Of a DNA stretch of 64,000 nucleotides, positions 59,111 to 64,000 are shown piece after piece. The stretch is from assembly GCA_036522195.1 (NCBI GenBank), contig DATDGF010000089.1, positions 13,673 to 77,672 on the forward strand, in the 5' to 3' direction. The notes beneath the pieces are model-generated. The model was not told where the DNA came from and did no database searches. It saw nothing but the letters and a program-made list of their open reading frames with translations. The translations under genes were made by a program, and so were the position numbers. Position 1 is the stretch's first letter; each line of letters begins with the position of its first letter. The DNA is from Candidatus Acidiferrum sp. Lineage in GTDB: Bacteria > Acidobacteriota > Terriglobia > Acidiferrales > UBA7541.

Positions 59111-61267
59111 TCAATACTCCAGAAGCTGTTTCACAGCGGAGGTGATATGGCTTGTCTGCGGTAGGATTACATCCTCAAGCTTGGGCTGGTATGCGCAGAA
59201 TGTATCCATGGCCGCCACGCGCTTCACTGGCGCGTCCAGTTCTTCAAACAGTTCATCCGCGATGCGAGCCGCAAGTTCCGCGCCGTAACCCCAGCTCAGC
59301 ATGTCCTCGTAAGCCACGATCACGCGGTGCGTCTTTCGGATTGTCGCGGCGATGGCTTCCCAGTCGTACGGCGAGAGCGAACGCAGATCGATAATCTCCA
59401 CTGAAATGCCCTCGCGCTCCAATTGTGCAGCGGCCACCTCTGCCCGATGGACCAACGCGCCATAGGTGACGATGCTCAGGTCCGTGCCCTCTTTCACTAT
59501 GCGCGCCTTACCGAATGGAATCGTAAAGTCCGGCCCCGGATTCTCCGAGCGGTTATACGGCTGCCGGTAAAGGTGTTTGTGCTCCAGAAACATCACGGGA
59601 TCATCGCAGCGGATCGCTGTACGCAAAAGACCCGCCACGTCGAGGGCCGTCGACGGCATTACCACGCGAAGGCCCGGGCAATGCGTGAAGATCGATTCGC
59701 CGCTCTGGCTGTGATACACGCCGCCTCCGGTCAGGTAGCCGCCGATGGGCACGCGAAGTACCACCGGCGCTTTGAACGCGCCATTCGAACGCCAGCGCAT
59801 CACGCACAGCTCATCGCGAATCTGCATCATGGCCGGCCAGATATAATCGAAAAACTGTATCTCAGCCACCGGCTTCAACCCGCGCGTGGCCATCCCGATC
59901 GCCCGCCCAACGATGCTGGCTTCTGCCAGCGGCGTATTGAACACCCGATCGTTCCCATACTTCCGTTGCAGCCCTGCCGTCGCTTTGAAGACCCCGCCCT
60001 TCCCTTTCACTTGCTTGAGGCTCTCTTCACGGCTGGCGTCGGCTACGTCTTCGCCGAAAACCGTGATGCGTTCGTCGCGCGCCATCTCGTCGGCAAGTGT
60101 TGCCGCCACCGTTTCCACCATCGTTTTCGGCGCGCCGTGAAAATGAGGTTGCGTTTCGAACGCGGCGGACGCCGGATCGATCTCCGCGGAATAGACATGC
60201 ATCGGAATGGACTCGACGGAAGGCTCCGCGGCTTCAAGCGCCCGGTCGGCGGCCTCACGGACCTCGATGTCAATCTCCGCTTCGAGGGTTTCAATCTGCT
60301 TCTGGTCCAGCACGCCTTCGCGAACCAGGACCAGCGCAAGCTTCGAAAGTGGATCGCGCCGAGCCTCTTCTTCGCGCTCCTCAGGGGATTTGTAAAGTTT
60401 TTCGTCGTCGGAGAGCGAGTGTGAATAAGGCCGCGTCACATGCGCATGGATCAGCGCCGGTCCGTGGCGCTCGCGGCAATATTCCACGGCTTCTTTGCAG
60501 ACGGAATAGCTTTCGAACGGATCCGTGCCGTCGCACTCCGCAACACGCAGATTCGGAAAACTGCTCACCAGTTTCGAGATGCTCCCCCCGGCGGTTTGCA
60601 CTTCAACAGGCACGGAGATGGCGTAGCCGTTGTCTTCGATGAGATACAGTAACGGCAGCTTCTTGCCGCACGCGACGTTGAGGGACTCCCAGAACTCGCC
60701 CTCGCTTGTTGAGCCGTCACCACCGGAGACATACACGATTTCATTGCGCTCGTGGTTCACGTATTTTCCGAGCGGCGCTTTCTTGGCTTGCGCCAGGGCC
60801 TTGGGCCGTCCTTCGTAATAAAACGTTGCCTCGGCGGCGCCCACGGCTTGCACAAATTGGGTTCCGGTGCAGGAAGACTTGCTGACGATGTTCCATTTGG
60901 GATGGCCCCAGTGCGAAGGCATTTGCCGGCCTCCGGAGCTGAGATCATCCTTTGCTCCTACCGCCGCGAGCAACGTCTCCAGTGAAGTGACGCCCAGCAT
61001 TAGGCAGAGCGCGCGATCCCGGTAATAAGGATAAAACCAGTCCACACCCGGGCGGAGGAATAGCCCCATAACGGCAGTAACCGCTTCATGCCCGGCGCTG
61101 GAGATTTGAAAGTAGATTTTATTCTGTCGCTTGAGCTGGATTTCGCGGTCATCCAGCCGTCGCGAAAGATACATCGTGCGGTAAAGGCGAATCAGCGTTT
61201 CGTAATCCAGGCCGTGCACCTTGGGGGCGTCAAGCTTTGCGAGTCTGACGCGCGTTTGTAACGCCAT
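59111..61267 (-). CDS. 2-oxoacid dehydrogenase E1, fused alpha+beta (branched-chain type)
   Basis: [49 protein letters not shown]. Confidence 0.93.
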   Translation of the reverse strand: MALQTRVRLAKLDAPKVHGLDYETLIRLYRTMYLSRRLDDREIQLKRQNKIYFQISSAGHEAVTAVMGLFLRPGVDWFYPYYRDRALCLMLGVTSLETLLAAVGAKDDLSSGGRQMPSHWGHPKWNIVSKSSCTGTQFVQAVGAAEATFYYEGRPKALAQAKKAPLGKYVNHERNEIVYVSGGDGSTSEGEFWESLNVACGKKLPLLYLIEDNGYAISVPVEVQTAGGSISKLVSSFPNLRVAECDGTDPFESYSVCKEAVEYCRERHGPALIHAHVTRPYSHSLSDDEKLYKSPEEREEEARRDPLSKLALVLVREGVLDQKQIETLEAEIDIEVREAADRALEAAEPSVESIPMHVYSAEIDPASAAFETQPHFHGAPKTMVETVAATLADEMARDERITVFGEDVADASREESLKQVKGKGGVFKATAGLQRKYGNDRVFNTPLAEASIVGRAIGMATRGLKPVAEIQFFDYIWPAMMQIRDELCVMRWRSNGAFKAPVVLRVPIGGYLTGGGVYHSQSGESIFTHCPGLRVVMPSTALDVAGLLRTAIRCDDPVMFLEHKHLYRQPYNRSENPGPDFTIPFGKARIVKEGTDLSIVTYGALVHRAEVAAAQLEREGISVEIIDLRSLSPYDWEAIAATIRKTHRVIVAYEDMLSWGYGAELAARIADELFEELDAPVKRVAAMDTFCAYQPKLEDVILPQTSHITSAVKQLLEY

Positions 61268-61437
61268 TCGTTCTGCCCTCGAGTTGAACTTCGGAATTGC
61301 CTCTGCGGAATTTAATTATAGCGGATTTTCACGTCCGGCTAGTCTATTTGAAATTCCCCGTCCGCCAGGGGCCCGCCAAAAACCATCCAAATTGGCCTAG
61401 TGCGACGAAGCCGTAAGACAATTCTCTCAAGCTGCCC

Positions 61438-61878
61438 CTAGTCGAGGGCTTCGAACTGTTGATCCGTTTTTTCGAATTCAGGATCGCTTTGCAAGATCAC
61501 TCTCGGAGACGCGTTCTTGAACGGTTCCTCCGAGGGAATGCGCGCGACCCAGCGCTGCTCGGAAAGTTTTTCGTGCGAGCTGAAATACAACCGCACAAGT
61601 AAACTCACCTTACCGTTAGGCGTTGCTGCAGAATTTTCTGCCCCCGCCACATGCGATTTACCTTTTGTTTTGCCTTTAGTCTTAGCGGCAGGTGCCGGTT
61701 TGTCAGCCGCCTCAGCATTCGTAGGCGCTTCCCCAGCAGCGCTCTCGGGGCGGTCGAGTTTGTATTGCAGTCTCTTGTCCAGGCGAAAGGCTTGCTTCCA
61801 GCCGTCGAGTTTATGGCGCGCGAGTTGCGCCTTCTCCTCATCCGTGCCAAAATCCAGCTTGATATAAATGTGGGACAT
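61438..61878 (-). CDS. Hypothetical protein with Lys/Ala-rich internal linker
   Basis: MSHIYIKLDFG..VSLLVRLYFSSHEKL; coding-like. Confidence 0.65.
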   Translation of the reverse strand: MSHIYIKLDFGTDEEKAQLARHKLDGWKQAFRLDKRLQYKLDRPESAAGEAPTNAEAADKPAPAAKTKGKTKGKSHVAGAENSAATPNGKVSLLVRLYFSSHEKLSEQRWVARIPSEEPFKNASPRVILQSDPEFEKTDQQFEALD

Positions 61879-62090
61879 GAATTCAGTCTGCGACGCGCTC
61901 CATTCTAAGTCAAGATGGCCCCAGCCGCAAAAGTTCGCGCTGGCCACTCTGAAAACTCCGGTACTTTACGCGAGGTGGGAATGATTTGGTATGGAAGGGG
62001 CCAGTCCATGAGGACTTATCTCTTTTCCGCTTGCAAACTATGGCGTTTCGCGCCATAGTATCCATCGCTCGGATCCGGCTTGCGTAACTC

Positions 62091-62507
62091 ATGCAAACTG
62101 CACTTCAACGTCGCCGCCGTTCATATTCCGCAAGCATCTGTTTGCTCGTAGTAGCCCTGCTGTACGCGCCGCTCGCTGGCGCCGCGTGGTCCTCCTATCA
62201 ATCCGCCTGTTGCACCTCGGATCAATGCCCTATTCCGGAGCATCATCACCATAAATCTCCGGCCGCGCCCACGAACCACATGGATTGCGGGCATGACATG
62301 GTTGGCATGATGGCATGCACCATGTCCTGCTGTCATGATTCCGATCGCTCGGCAGTTGCTTCGATCGCCTTTGTGCTGCCCCCAGTCCTAGTGGTCCCCG
62401 AATCGGCGGCCATCACGTCGCCAGTGCAGTTTGCCAAGCCCTTGGATTTTCCTCGTCCCATCGAACCTCTCTCTCCACCACCTCGTCTCGCTTTTGCGGT
62501 CGCTTAA
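62091..62507 (+). CDS. His/Cys-rich DUF2946/CruR-like upstream ORF
   Basis: N-terminal hydrophobic segment, CC..C..HHHH..HMDCGH..C..CCH, Pro-rich end PRPIEPLSPPPR; directly upstream of a TonB receptor. Confidence 0.7.
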   Translation: MQTALQRRRRSYSASICLLVVALLYAPLAGAAWSSYQSACCTSDQCPIPEHHHHKSPAAPTNHMDCGHDMVGMMACTMSCCHDSDRSAVASIAFVLPPVLVVPESAAITSPVQFAKPLDFPRPIEPLSPPPRLAFAVA

Positions 62508-62548
62508 GCACCGGCCATCTCTTCTCAACCTAGCTGATCCACGTAGCC

Positions 62549-62582
62549 TGCGGCGTCAATGCCGCACGCGAAACATTTTTTT
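62549..62582 (+). terminator. Hairpin + U-run between uORF and TonB receptor (possible attenuator)
   Basis: TGCGGC-GTCAAT-GCCGCA, then T7 at 62576-62582. Confidence 0.4.
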
Positions 62583-62599
62583 CGGGAGAAAAGTTTTCC

Positions 62600-64000
62600 A
62601 TGCGCAAAGTTTCGCCTTTGTTGTTGGTTTTGCTGTTACTCGGCGGCCGCTCGTTTGCCACGGTCTTCGGAACTGTTCGCGGCATCGTTCACGACCCGCA
62701 GCACCGGCCGGTAGCAGACATTGAAGTGGTTCTTAAAGCGAAGTCCTCGGAATATACGCAAACCGTGAAAACGGATGTCAACGGCGAGTTTCACTTCGAT
62801 GCCGTACCGCTCGCCGAATACATCGTCACGGTCTCGCATCAGGGATTCGCGACCGTCGAGCAAAGCGTCACCGTACTTTCCGGATCGGCCCCTGTATTGC
62901 ATTTCGAATTGCAGATCGCCACACAGAATCAATCGATTCTCGTGTCCGCCCCGCCCGCCCAGACGGAATCCGCGACGCCGACAACCATCGTGACTCGCCT
63001 GGAAATCCAGGAAACGCCAGGCGCGTCGCAGACCAACAGTGTCGCCATGATCACGGACTATGTGCCGAGCTCTTATGTCACGCACGATCAACTCCACGTC
63101 CGTGGCGGCCACCAAGTCAGCTGGTTGATTGATGGCGTGCCAATTCCCAACACCAATATCGCCAGTAACCTCGGCCCGCAAATCGACCCTAAGGACATCG
63201 ATGTGTTGGAGACCCAACGCGGCAGCTACACAGCCGACTACGGCGATCGCACTTACGGCGTGTTCAACGTCGCGCCGCGCACCGGATTCGAACGCAACAA
63301 CGAAGGCGAAGTGCTTCTGAGCGCGGGAAATTTCTATCAGACCGACGATCAAATCAATTTCGGCGGTCACACCAACAAGTTCGCCTACTACTTGAGCGCC
63401 AACGGCAATCGCACCAACCTCGGCTTGCAGACCCCGACCCCAAACGTCATCCACGATGCCGGCAACGGCTACGGCGGATTCGGCTCTTTGATCTACAATC
63501 TGGGTTCGCAGGATCAATTGCGCTTCGTCGGACAAATCCGGCGCGATTATTATCAGGTGCCCTTCGATCCGAATGACCCTAATCTCCCGGTCACGACTCC
63601 TCCCCAATATCTAAAGGACGCCAATCAGGAGAGCGATACGATCGCCGCATTTTCTTGGGTGCACACCTTCAGCCCTGGTCTGCTGCTCACGGTCTCGCCC
63701 TTCTATCACTACAACCGTGCCAATTACGAAAGCAGCCCCAACGACATCCCCGCTTCGACGACTCAAAAGCGCTCTTCCTATTATGAAGGCGGTCAAGCCA
63801 CCGTGACCTGGGTCAAAGACCGGAGCAATTTTCGCGCGGGGCTCTTCGGCTTTGCACAGCAAAATGATGAGCTCTTTGCTCTCGTCTATAACGACGGCAG
63901 CAACCCGCCACTAGAGCCGACTCCGGTTAACTCAACAGGTGGCTTGATTGCGGCCTACGCCGAGGAACAATTCCGCGCCACGTCCTGGTTGACCTTGAGC
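62600..64000 (+). CDS. TonB-dependent receptor with carboxypeptidase-regulatory-like N-domain (partial)
   Basis: Signal peptide, GTVRGIVHDPQHRPV..TDVNGEF, plug LHVRGG..IDGVPI..QIDPKDI; open to window end, so absent from the ORF track. Confidence 0.92.
   Translation, partial: MRKVSPLLLVLLLLGGRSFATVFGTVRGIVHDPQHRPVADIEVVLKAKSSEYTQTVKTDVNGEFHFDAVPLAEYIVTVSHQGFATVEQSVTVLSGSAPVLHFELQIATQNQSILVSAPPAQTESATPTTIVTRLEIQETPGASQTNSVAMITDYVPSSYVTHDQLHVRGGHQVSWLIDGVPIPNTNIASNLGPQIDPKDIDVLETQRGSYTADYGDRTYGVFNVAPRTGFERNNEGEVLLSAGNFYQTDDQINFGGHTNKFAYYLSANGNRTNLGLQTPTPNVIHDAGNGYGGFGSLIYNLGSQDQLRFVGQIRRDYYQVPFDPNDPNLPVTTPPQYLKDANQESDTIAAFSWVHTFSPGLLLTVSPFYHYNRANYESSPNDIPASTTQKRSSYYEGGQATVTWVKDRSNFRAGLFGFAQQNDELFALVYNDGSNPPLEPTPVNSTGGLIAAYAEEQFRATSWLTLS

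Overview
GC-rich bacterial chromosomal window, most likely Acidobacteriota (two ADOP/MacB-like permeases, one with an acidobacterial-type PadR). No rRNA, tRNA, CRISPR array, reverse transcriptase, integrase or transposase was found. Left half (1-31 kb): accessory and metabolic genes (three-gene pnt transhydrogenase, mpg, a pseudokinase-TonB fusion, MFS + nagB, PadR/ADOP, AraC/VOC, ArnT-like, DinB, secreted hypotheticals). It also holds six decayed loci: a collapsed TonB-receptor/response-regulator fusion, VapC, YXWGXW-like and sigma54-activator fragments, a frameshifted small ORF and a cupin with a deletion. Right half: mostly core genes - SRP RNA (ffs), dnaX-ybaB, a DEAD-box + GNAT pair, recR, a 1003-aa PilZ-like/coiled-coil protein, a heterodimeric ABC exporter + lpxB + pseudo-M1 peptidase/TPR, a minus-strand cluster mug-crotonase-crotonase-rhodanese-ArsC-like-hydroxyacyl-CoA dehydrogenase-macrodomain-SAM methyltransferase, ECF sigma/anti-sigma, a fused E1 dehydrogenase, and a His/Cys-rich uORF ahead of a TonB-dependent receptor. 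Best finding: a probable selenoprotein that the ORF track truncates. It is an ArsC/Spx-fold gene (52077..51724, minus) with an in-frame TGA at the first Cys position of the CxxC motif, followed by an fdhF-like SECIS hairpin. Product names come from motif recognition; no database searches were run.
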